Under the pieces are notes generated by a model. The model ran no database searches. It was not told the DNA's origin and was given only the letters and a program-made list of their open reading frames with translations. Shown here in pieces: positions 40,301 to 50,200 of a stretch of DNA of 64,000 bases (the first letter of the stretch is position 1; each line of letters begins with the position of its first letter). The position numbers were made by a program, and so were the translations under genes. Source of the DNA: Raillietiella orientalis. Lineage: Eukaryota. Location: assembly GCA_036172245.1 (NCBI GenBank), contig JAYWIR010000002.1:1302001-1366000 (forward strand), read 5' to 3'.

Positions 40301-42130
40301 CTGGGTTTGCGAGCTCCGAGACAGAGACGCTAAATTGGGAGGGGGAATTTTGTATGCAGCAGTAGGTGACGTGACGCACAGAACGCATTCTGATAGGCAG
40401 TACAGACGTAATGTATAATATATTCTCTGTCCCAGAATATCCCATCCATTCTCAAAAACCAAAACGGCATAGGTCACTTGAAAGCTTGGGAACGAGTTCC
40501 GGAGAGTGTGACCCAACGACCTTCAGTCCTTTCGTTAACGAGGAGAGAGCCTTTGGTAATCTGGTCGCTACGTTCCTGTCTGCATACACCTTCCAGTGTA
40601 TCCCCGAATCAATGAATCTCACGTCTGAGAAACAAACACTGCTTTTTCAGGTCCTGGATTCCATCTACACTTCCCGGTGGAATCACATCCCATCTCCACG
40701 TGGCACGGCGTTCGCACGGACCAATACAACAGCATCAGCAGGAGAGCCTGATCATTGAGAGCATCCGGTAGTCTGCAAAGTGCGGAAATTGGATCCTTCA
40801 GGTCCCGATGCTCGAAAAACCTGGACCTACGTTGGGTAGCGAATTTTTCGAGCACCAGTGTTAGTGGTGGTGCTTGACAGGGAAACTCGAGGGGTAAGAG
40901 AAATTGGCTTCCCAGATGCAACGTTGGAAGCCTAGTGAAACGCATGGAATTTGTGAGCAGAAAAATTCTCGAAAGAGTGGAAGCACGGTCGCCGAATCTG
41001 AGAAGACAGTTAGGGAGCAAGACAAGTCCCATCTATCCAGGGGCCAGCAACCTCGCCAGTTTCCTTTGAAGTGCAGAAGGAGACACAGCCGATGGCCGAG
41101 AACCATACAGCATATCACTTGTCTCTTCCGCGACCTTGGATTTTCATTTCTAGCGCACAGGGAAGAGAAACAAACACTCCATCGCAGGGGGGAAAAACTG
41201 ACCCCTAGGTGACATCTATTGCTGTTGCCGCAACGAGCGAAACCCAAAAAAGAGAGAAAAATGTCCAATCACCAAAGCGTGCAGAGAGTTCCAAACACTT
41301 CCGTTGGAAAGCTGCACTCACTGGAAGATCCCCTGCCTAATTTTGTTACTCAAAGTCCTACTGAAAGGAACAAGCAGAGGAAGCGAGAAGATGCTGTTCT
41401 CTGAATTCCCGTTTTGTGTTTCGGAATGGTTTTCCCGAAACGGATTCTTCACAAGATGGGTAAGAAAAAGAAGAAGAAAAGAAAACACACACACACACAC
41501 ATCTGTATATAAAATTATTACAAACCACCCTGGACGTAGGAATGAGAATTATCAACGACCGCTACCTGTGGCGTATTCGGGCTTCCAACTCCACATAGGC
41601 TCTAAACTTATGACTTTGTCGGGAAAAACATCGCTGTTTTGTAGGGAATCCACATCATCTCTGGATTTCGGGAAGCCTGAAGAGTTGTTTGACGTACCGT
41701 TAGGATCAGCGTCATAAGGTAGGTGCCGAAACGATGGACGATACCGACCGTGAACTAACCATCCCTGAGAAGTGCAGTCCTGTTGATTAACTCTTTCCAA
41801 AGTCAGTTTTCCCCAGGGAATTGAGGTCATTTCGTTTTTTCGTATCTTCGAGAGGGACAAATAAGGTAAGATTGTCAGAACGAAGGTCGTAAACCTAACT
41901 GCTTGCTGGAATTCTCGATGTGCACCCTGGATCACGGATTCTGGCGTCAAGCAGACAGCCTTCAAGCTTTGACTAAGAACATTTGCAAGCCTAGCTCCAG
42001 CAGTCAACCACGAAGGATACAAAAGAAAGACTTTAACAGCTTTATGGTTTCCTTCATCTTTGGTTAAGTGCTCCAAGATGAACCCCAGAATATTCTTTGG
42101 CTGATGGATAATCAGCTCTTGCAAAAGTCT
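17837..42130 (-). CDS. AK8: Adenylate kinase 8-like protein (N-terminal docking helices plus two AK domains, both P-loops degenerate), 5'-partial. Exons (minus): 42130-41900, 41845-41749, 41676-41566, 38641-38493, 36391-36217, 27922-27801, 23120-23011, 18232-18079, 18025-17837
   Basis: Nine exons with GT..AG boundaries and matching phases give one 1338-nt frame (445 aa + stop) colinear with AK8 as I recall it. Landmarks: [81 protein letters not shown]...[59 protein letters not shown]. The first coding exon (~25-30 aa expected) was not identified. An optional 48-nt in-frame intron (17899-17852) does not change the stop. Confidence 0.82.
19195..19320 (+). repeat. Dispersed ~125-bp repeat, copy 2 (in AK8-like intron)
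   Basis: Same-orientation copy of 13526-13649. Confidence 0.9.
31286..31337. repeat. Compound microsatellite (CA)20(TA)6
   Basis: Directly visible. Confidence 0.95.
33836..33884. repeat. Degenerate Wolbachia palindromic element (WPE)-like relic
   Basis: agacattccagcataacccttggatgacatgaaagaacactggaatgac resembles the ATTCCAGCGTCACGCGCTGGAATGAC / CACTGGAATGAC repeats of Wolbachia intergenic DNA (from memory). It sits just downstream of the nuoI stop. Confidence 0.6.
33912..34052 (-). pseudogene. nuoI: 3' fragment of alphaproteobacterial NADH-quinone oxidoreductase subunit I
   Basis: Manual translation (below the ORF-track cutoff): [46 protein letters not shown]. This matches the conserved NuoI C-terminus ([33 protein letters not shown]). 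The 4Fe-4S cluster-binding part is missing. Confidence 0.9.
34057..34352 (+). pseudogene. alaS: Internal fragment of bacterial alanyl-tRNA synthetase (editing-domain region)
   Basis: [27 protein letters not shown]...[17 protein letters not shown]...[11 protein letters not shown] are canonical bacterial AlaRS motifs. The fragment is truncated at both ends and has non-conservative changes at conserved sites ([16 protein letters not shown]). Confidence 0.93.
39945..39986. repeat. Perfect 15-bp inverted repeat with 12-nt loop
   Basis: tccgattcgcaaagt-cctcctgcatga-actttgcgaatcgga. Confidence 0.9.
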
Positions 42131-45021
42131 CTGGAAACGAAATCGAAGATAGCATGTTACATGTGAATTTTGGATCATTCTGTATTCATCAATCTGTGCT
42201 CTAACGTTAGTAGAAAGTTTTTATTTACTGGATTCCGTTTGGAATTTCAGAATTTTCAAAGGAAGAGAGACGCCATTTGAGAACATTTCCACTGAGCACC
42301 TCTCGATTGCGCATTCTCGCAGCAAGTTTCCTGTCACAGAGTGTTGCCGAGTGTTTCTCTTCACTCCCAGTCAGCGTAACCATTACTTATTCCTGTTGAG
42401 GGAATCACTCGTGCAATCCCTCCGAATCAATCAGTAACTGACTGCCAGGCCCCAAAGGCCACCGGGGGATCTTGCGACGAGCATTCATTCTATGCCCAGA
42501 TGCTGGAAGTTGAAAACTGCCCCTGCCAACCCGTGTCGGAAAAGATGGGTTTGCCATCCCGGAAGGCAGAGATGCGTGGGCAGGAGGGGGGTTTACGGGT
42601 CGAAACGGAAGCCGAACAAAAAGAACGATTCCGGGAAAACTGCGCTTCGAATGGCCTCGCAGCGCTGTTTCCCTGAATATAGCACGCGGGCATAATTTAT
42701 TAAAAAGAATCCCAAGATTCCTTCGATATTTCAAGCCGAAATTCGTGAATCGGTTTTCTTCATATCCGAATGAAGAATGCGGGATTAGTTAGCAGAAAAA
42801 ACCTCCTTCACGTAATATAGCTGTCACATTCATCAGTCATGCCGTTTTCAAACATCGAGTGCTATTTTCGTAGTAGGCCTCCTTGATATGTTCAGATGTG
42901 TAAGCTCATCTACCCACCCACTGCCCTTTTGCTGTGGATTTTTTGGCGCGCTAAATAATAAAATGGTCTCGGAATTTGCGAAATCCCCTTCAACTCATCA
43001 GAATCCACGTAATCAGAACCAACTAATTTGCTGAGGAAAACACGCCCAGCTTCTGGACCTTGTGCACAATAAGGACAAAAGGAGCTTCGGAGATGGCACG
43101 TTTCCAAAGTAAGGAGTGAATTCGTGGAACAAATCGATCATAAGGAGAACTGCCCTTGTCTGAAGCGAGACATTTTGCTTCGGACCATGGATGGCTAGTG
43201 GTTTCCAGAGCGAAACAACATCATCAACTTGCAATAAGCATGCAGTTTTTTTTTTTTTCTTCATCTCTCTCCCTCTCTCTCTCTCTCTTACGAATAACAG
43301 CAGGAAGCTGTTTGACCAAAGTACAGTAATTACTCCAAAAAGGAAAGTTTGAAAAATGATATTCAAGCTGCACAAAGGAGGAGCAGAAATTCAAGAAATA
43401 ATGGAAGACTCGGAAATCTCCCAAAGACAAAGGAATATTTCTAATCGTATTTTTGGCCTCTTGATGGGCCGTTGTCCATTAAGCTAAGCGCCACCGGGAA
43501 GCGCCATCCACACACGTGGCGTACAACAGCAAACCAACGAAGAGAGGAGGTCCGCTGAAAGGACATTGCATCGATCTAGAAAGAAGACCACAGCACAATA
43601 ATTGACATGAACGAATGATTGTGTGCCAAAGAATCGCAAGCTCCCATCTACTAGATCAACCAATCGGATGGTAAAGATGCTAGAGGAAATGAAAAAAAAA
43701 AATCATCATCGGCTCCACTGCGACTGGTTGAAAACTACATTTCCTGACTTTCAGCTCCGTAAATGCACAATGCGTGTGGTCGAAAGAAGATAAAGCACGG
43801 CCAGAAGGCAGACCTCTAGTAAAACAACGTTGGTTAAACAAATGGGAAAACAAACAGTGAATGTTGGCATTGAAGATTTGAATTAGAATGTCGAGCTGCA
43901 GTGGATGTCGTGAAGATTGAGTACGAAATTTGTGGAGGTGCCAGCGAAATAATGATTCTCCCTTAAATGATAAGAGGGAAGACGGAAATTGATTTTATTT
44001 CCTGCTTGTGTTCGAAAACTCTGCAGGGCGAACGAAAGCGAGTTTCACGAAGGATTTCCACCTTGCCGGCAATCATAGAACACTGGCAATTTTCCGCACC
44101 TTCTTGGATCAAAATTCGTTGACTTTTTAAACCTCGCAGCAGATCAGCAGCCGTCCTGTGAGGTGGCTGCCTCCTTCGCTATGACTGTCATTTTAAATAA
44201 CGACATTATTCCCTCTTTGGAAGTCCATCGCTTGCAGCCCTCCTAAACTGTGGAGAGGCGAAAGTCTTTCCGAGGTGTAGGAATCTGAAAACATCGTTTG
44301 AATAAAAAATGTGCGTGGCTGGTTATCTTTCGATGTTTATGTATTTTGAACATTCTCCACATTCCCTACTTGCCTACTCTCCCTGATCTGATGATCTTTC
44401 ACTGAATAGATGAACGTATCGAATTTCCGAAAAACCCAGGCTTTATTGATTCGCTACACATTTCCACTTCGGATTCCGTTTTCAACGTGCATTTTCCGGC
44501 CTTCGTTCTCATCCGTCCTCCCTACGTCCCCGTCGTCATGGGCGCTTCAATTAACGATAATCCATACTTCACACCAAGCAAGCATATCGGCTCGAAACAT
44601 CACTGAAAGGAATTCTTGTCTGAAAATAATGACACCAGCAGAATTCAGAGGATACACTTGTGGGTTTACTGACAATTTCAGTGGAGTTCTCCGTTGCTCA
44701 TGCCGAAGGATGTGATTCTATCCTATGCATAGCAACTTGTTTTCACAAGAGCTGTATTAGAGAACCTTGCAAATGTGAGAAATGAGGAATGGATACATCG
44801 GTGAATACAGCTCTTTATGTGCAACCTCAGCTGCTGCCACGCAACTGCCAATGTTTTCTTTTCTTCTTTTCCGTTTTTATTTGTTTCCTGTCAACGAAGA
44901 GCTTTTCTGATCCTCATTATCATAATTCTTACTGCAAATCCAACTCGCAGAGAGCACATGTCTTGAACATACGCAAGAAATTGTTTGCTCGCAAAAAAAA
45001 AAAAACACATTGAACGATAGC

Positions 45022-45063
45022 ATCCTATCCTTCGTCCTCCATTCGGAGGACGAAGGATAGGAT
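45022..45063. repeat. Perfect 19-bp inverted repeat with 4-nt loop
   Basis: atcctatccttcgtcctcc-attc-ggaggacgaaggataggat. Confidence 0.92.
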
Positions 45064-47189
45064 CCAGCCCGATCATCGCTTCATTCTGAAATCTGCAACT
45101 TTTGTTCCACCCCCTACTGATTTCCTTGCTAGCTGTATACATCAGTTGCCTCTTTGTCATCCACACGATTGCCTTGATCAAATTCGAGACGGTGTTTTGA
45201 GGGACGCTTCAATCCGCTTAGGAAACTCGTGGTCCAGTTTTCGCTCGCTTTCCCGGTCCATGTACTTCAGGTTGATGTGAAAGCGTGTATCTAATGATCT
45301 AACAGGCCAGTTTCACAAGCATCTCCCTGTGCAATGATACTCAAAAGGCAGAAGATTCCCTTTCGCCAACTGAAGTAGGTGCACCGTTTCCGTATTGGGT
45401 TGTCCCCTAAGCTGAATTTTCGCTACCTCATCTATTTAATAGAGGGGTTGCTTTGCTTTGCGAAAACACCTTTGCCAGGATCTGGTAGTTATTTTTTCGA
45501 ATCCATGTAACGGCTCGTTTCTCTAGTGAATTGAGTGACTCCAAAACTTCATGTGCTGTTTCGAACCGAGCCCCGCACTAAGGGTGTGGTGTGCACACGT
45601 ATATGGATGTGGACGCAAAACCACCGCATCTGAGAAGTCGGGATGATTCTTTTGACTAACAAACTGATACTGGTTTCAAGAGATACTGATTCTTTAAACT
45701 TCCAGTTTGTTGATGACAAAAGGAACACATGCATCCAAAACAAAAACAAACAAACAAACTTGGATTATGGAAAGCTCAACACAGCGGGAGACGCACGGAA
45801 GCTCTAGAGCGATTTTCGCATGGTACCATTGTATCCAACTGGCTTTGAGACTGAATATGGGACTTCCGTTGCCGAGGCAATAAGGCGGGGCGATGGAAAC
45901 TTTGCTTTCATGATGCCTTTCAGGCTGTTTCAGGAAAATACGTCAGACTTTGCTTTAAAAAAAAACACACACACACACAAATGAATAAAGTGTTTTCTAC
46001 ATGAGGTTTACCTCATTGATTGCAGGCCTGAAAGTAAATACAGCCTTCCGTATTTACTTTCTACCTTTAGAAAAAGCTATGAAAGTTTCCGATCTATGAA
46101 TCCGCCGATTACGTTGAATGCTAAAAAAAAACAAATCAACTTCCGCTGTTGGACGTCTGGCGGCCCTTGACCGTCTTTTCAACAACTTTCAATATTTTCG
46201 ACTGAAAATTTATTCACGTTGCTTGTCCATAAAGAAAAATGCCGACACCTGTGGCATATTTAAACAGGCTAGGAGTCTCACGTGCCTTCTTCTTCCGCAA
46301 TCGGTCGGTCTGCCAACTCTGTGGTGCCCCACTCTGCCCTAGTCGCTGTCGGGCTCACCCGAAGATGACTGCTCGCCGTCTTCCTGTTTTGCACAACCCT
46401 TTGCAAACTTGATTTCCCACCGCGGAGATCATACAAGGCTGCTCTGTGGACCCAGCTCTCCAACCGTAATGGACGAAACATTTGCATTCGAGACACACTG
46501 CGCCAGATTTCCTGCACATTGCTCCAGAAAGTTATTGCAGGATGACTCGCTACTGACGTTCTTCGTGTTCGACATAACTTTATTTGTGGCCTGAGTTGTG
46601 CTTTGATCCATCAGCTGGGACTCGACCCGCAGAGAATAATCTACAACCGCTGTTTGTTTTCCACTTGAAGCTTCTATACGAGTTTGTTCGTCTAGCACAA
46701 GCACTAATAAAGTTAACTTTGCAAATGAATCCAGAAAATTCCCCTTAAAGGTCTTCGTTAATCTAAAGGTTTTTTCCTCCACTTGGTAGTATCCTTTGCA
46801 CTGTAGTATGTGCCACCATCGCACGAGGTGCTAATAGGAACCGGTATTAGCGTGCGCTATTAGCGTGCATGTAATTGTAGTTGGAATACCTATCATCACA
46901 TTGAAAAAGTGCATACTCCGATTACATAGGAAAATCATTTTGTGTTGCATCGGGGAAGTCACTGAATGGAAAGGCGTTCGTTTTCCTCAACAAGACTCCA
47001 GCGCAGATTTCTGCGGGAAAATGTTACATAAAACTAACGTATGGTTTAAGAAATCAGCATCCAGTCCCTTGAATAAATACATAGAGCGGTTGCTCATGTA
47101 GGGAAAGCATAAAGATCAGGTGCAGGAGGAAGGACGCACAGCAAAAGAAATGTTTTCTTCAGAATCAAAGGATGAAGGAAAACATTCTT

Positions 47190-47279
47190 TTAAAATACAT
47201 TTGATTCAGATGGGCAGAATACCAAGAAGGAAACATTTCCTTCTTGATATTCTGTCCATCTGGATCAAATCTGTTTTAA
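47190..47279. repeat. 90-nt near-perfect palindrome (44-nt arms)
   Basis: 47190-47233 is the reverse complement of 47236-47279 except at 5 positions. Confidence 0.9.
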
Positions 47280-50200
47280 TTTGCTGGATTTTTCCGGTTT
47301 CAAAATGCCATTACGGTGTCTCGCCGCCCCAAAATTTAGATCTTCACCCCCCCCCCCCCCCGCTCTGATGTCTTTCACCGTTTTCCAGCTTGAGAGCAGA
47401 GGAAAGGCGGGTCGACCCTAAACGGTTTCGCTCACCGGTGTATCCATCAGTATAATTAAGGCAGATAACCCGGTGAGTGCCTTGGAAAAGGCTGAAATAG
47501 AAATCAGTCACGAAGACACCGGATATTTCCTGCATCTCCACGTTTATGTCTCCGAGCGCTCGGTTCCCTCCGTAGGAATACGTCTTTCTCTTTTTGGGGG
47601 ACCTACGTGAAACACAACGGAGAGTTCGTGCTGGTTGCACTTGACGACGGACTCGGATGCTTTCCCGACGATACGTGGAACGTGCTTCATTGTCGCATCT
47701 TGGATTTCAGTGCCACACAATCGGCTAGATGGTCCATTTCATGACGGCCTTGTGTGACGGCTTAATCGTTCGGCTCAGCATGAATCCTCTACTGATACCT
47801 CAACTTTGAGATAGAAGGAAATGTCGCTTTTGCCGATTCTCGGGGATGGTGCAGTTTTTTTTTTGTTTTTTTTTTTTTTGGGGGGGGGGGAGGGGGTAAA
47901 TTTGAGTCCTTGTCGAGGAGCATTGAGGTTTGAAGGCGGGGTTTCATCGGTTCCAATCGACGCCGCGGTCCTTAAATGAAGTTATCAAAACGAAATATGG
48001 CATGTGTAATAAAAAGATAAGGGTATTTCCATTTTAAAGAAGCCTCGTGCCATTCCAACGTCGGACTGTGGCTTCCTTTCCGGATCAAACGCTACGTGCT
48101 ACAGATCAATGCGCCATCTACCGTCATCGGGGACATTTAGAAGAAAACGAGAAATTTTCCACCCGAGAATAAAACTTCCACGTTCATTCAGCATTGCGAA
48201 CGGAAAAACGCAGATTCAAAACGGACTGATTAATAAATGGGAAGCCGCCATTCGTTCTCTACTTGGTGCATCTTCGAAACTTTCAAATTTGCCAAATGCT
48301 AAAATGATGCACGCAAGCAGGAGGATGCCAACCGTGAAGCAGGTGAATCTGCTTCTCGCTGTTGCTCTTTCGGAAAGCCTGACAAAGCCGTGTTAACGGC
48401 TAGGAAAAAAGCTTACGCTGAAGAGGTCGCTCAACCTGTGCTTTTCCGAGTAAATGCCGAAAATGGGAGGAATTTTCATGGGCCTTTCGAGATGGTCCAC
48501 CATTTTCCGTCCAGCTTCGATCTCTCCGGGTGCTCCACTTCACGAGGGGAAAAGAAAAACCAGAATGAGCCGGCTGATTGTTGGAAAAAGAAGGGGGAAA
48601 AAAAAAAAATCCGTGCACGGCGATTGGCTGGCGGGAAAGACGGCGATTGTTGAGATCGCGGCAGAGGGGACGCGGAGGGATACAAGCAGCACCCGGCTTC
48701 GCGACGCCTTGGAAACCACGAGAGCTCGGAGGTGCTTCCGGCACGCCACAGCCGTGCTGCTTGGGCACGCACACGTTCTCACCTCCGCCTCCCCGGGCAA
48801 ACGCAGAGTTGCGCACAGAGCGCTGGATCGGTCAGCCAGGGCAGATCAGCTTGATGGAGCACGCTCGGATTCGCGTTGTGGACAATTGCTTCCGGAATGA
48901 GGGGAGTCACAATCCACGTCACACAATCTGATGTGTCGCGTGACTAGCGAGCGATCGAGCACATGGGAAAGCAGGTTTCAGGTTCGTGATGAAACCCCCC
49001 GGGCTTCCTGCAAGTTCCAGATCGCAAGAAATGCCGCTTTTGCCGATTCCTAGGGATGGTCTGAATTCCAATTTTTCAAAATTCAAAATTTCGTCAAGGA
49101 ACACCGAGATTCGAGTGGGCGATTCGTTTTCTTTTCTTTCGCCCGTGGTCCTTTAAATGACATTGCCGTATTACCGAGACGGAATGGAAGGGTTGCACGT
49201 GGAACACAGAATGGTATTCCGATCAAAGGGGCACTGGCTCTGATTTGCCACGAGGCAGATCCTGCGAACACCTCGCTGGGATGCATAATTCCGATTCTGG
49301 ATTGCTGGATGGTCCCAGGGTGACGCCGAAACATTGCTTTAGTTTGTTTGCAGAAAAGACGCGATTCGTCTCCATCCCTCGTGAAAGGAGTGCCTCGCTG
49401 AGCATCGGGAAAAAGATTATTGAATTCCATGCCGTTCCGGAAATCACCTCGCCACCGTCTTTTTAATAGCTCGTTTCGGAAAGAAAGGCTACGGGAGGAA
49501 GGGTTCCCCTTCTTTGACTGGTGGTAATGGATGATTCTGAAGCAGCTTCGGGAACTCTTCCCTGACGAGCACTGGCGAAACCAAATTTCTTCATTTTCTG
49601 GTTCGTTTCGTTTCTCAATCGCGAGCTTTTACTGCACTGTGCTAATTAAGTTGAAGCCGAAAGCCTGACAAGACCTCGTTGATCAGAAGGCACACGTGGT
49701 ACATTTCCCTCCCACACCCGTTGCTGGATCGTGTTGCTGGATCCTGGATCCCTCCTGAGAGTCCGGGAACGCTTCGCTGAGAACCTCCCGCTCCCGATGG
49801 GCAGCGGCGGAGAGGCCTTGTGGCTCCTCTTCGCGAGAGACTCTCGATGTCGCCTGCAGCTTCCCTGGCAGCCCTGCACTGCCTTTGTGGGATTGCGGCG
49901 GCGGGAAGCCGCGCCGAAAGAGGCCAGTCGAAACGGTGACGTCATTGCAATCATCCGCTCCATAAGGAAAGCGACAAGATGGCCGCATCTCTGCCAACAG
50001 AAGGAGGAAGTTACCAGCATCCTCCAGAGGGTGCTGAGGACGCCAGGAAGGAATCTGTGATCCCTCCCCCCCTCCCCCCCCACCAAACATTTTTAAACTG
50101 AACTTTCGTGTTTTTCTGTTGTTGTTGTTGTTTACCCCTTCCCCCACTCCTCCTGTGCGCACTTCATCGGGGAGCTGCTCACGAGAAGCAGCCCCTCCGA

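Noticed and set aside
42850-43440. Possible extra minus-strand exons upstream of AK8 (IPLSLGDFRVFHYF..., DDVVSLWKPLAIHG..., GPEAGRVFLSKL...)
   Set aside because: Phases cannot be made consistent through to a sensible end, no homology recognised, and none resembles AK8 exon 1.
36749-47896. Long G/C homopolymers (36749-36763, 47347-47361, 47880-47896) as functional G-quadruplex elements
   Set aside because: Homopolymer runs of all bases are common throughout the window, with no evidence of specific function.
48680-48931. RWIGQPGQISLMEH resembling a Penelope GIY-YIG YIGQTGR...EH motif
   Set aside because: No GIY/VY..C..C half, no adjacent RT remnant and no hammerhead. The similarity is too short.
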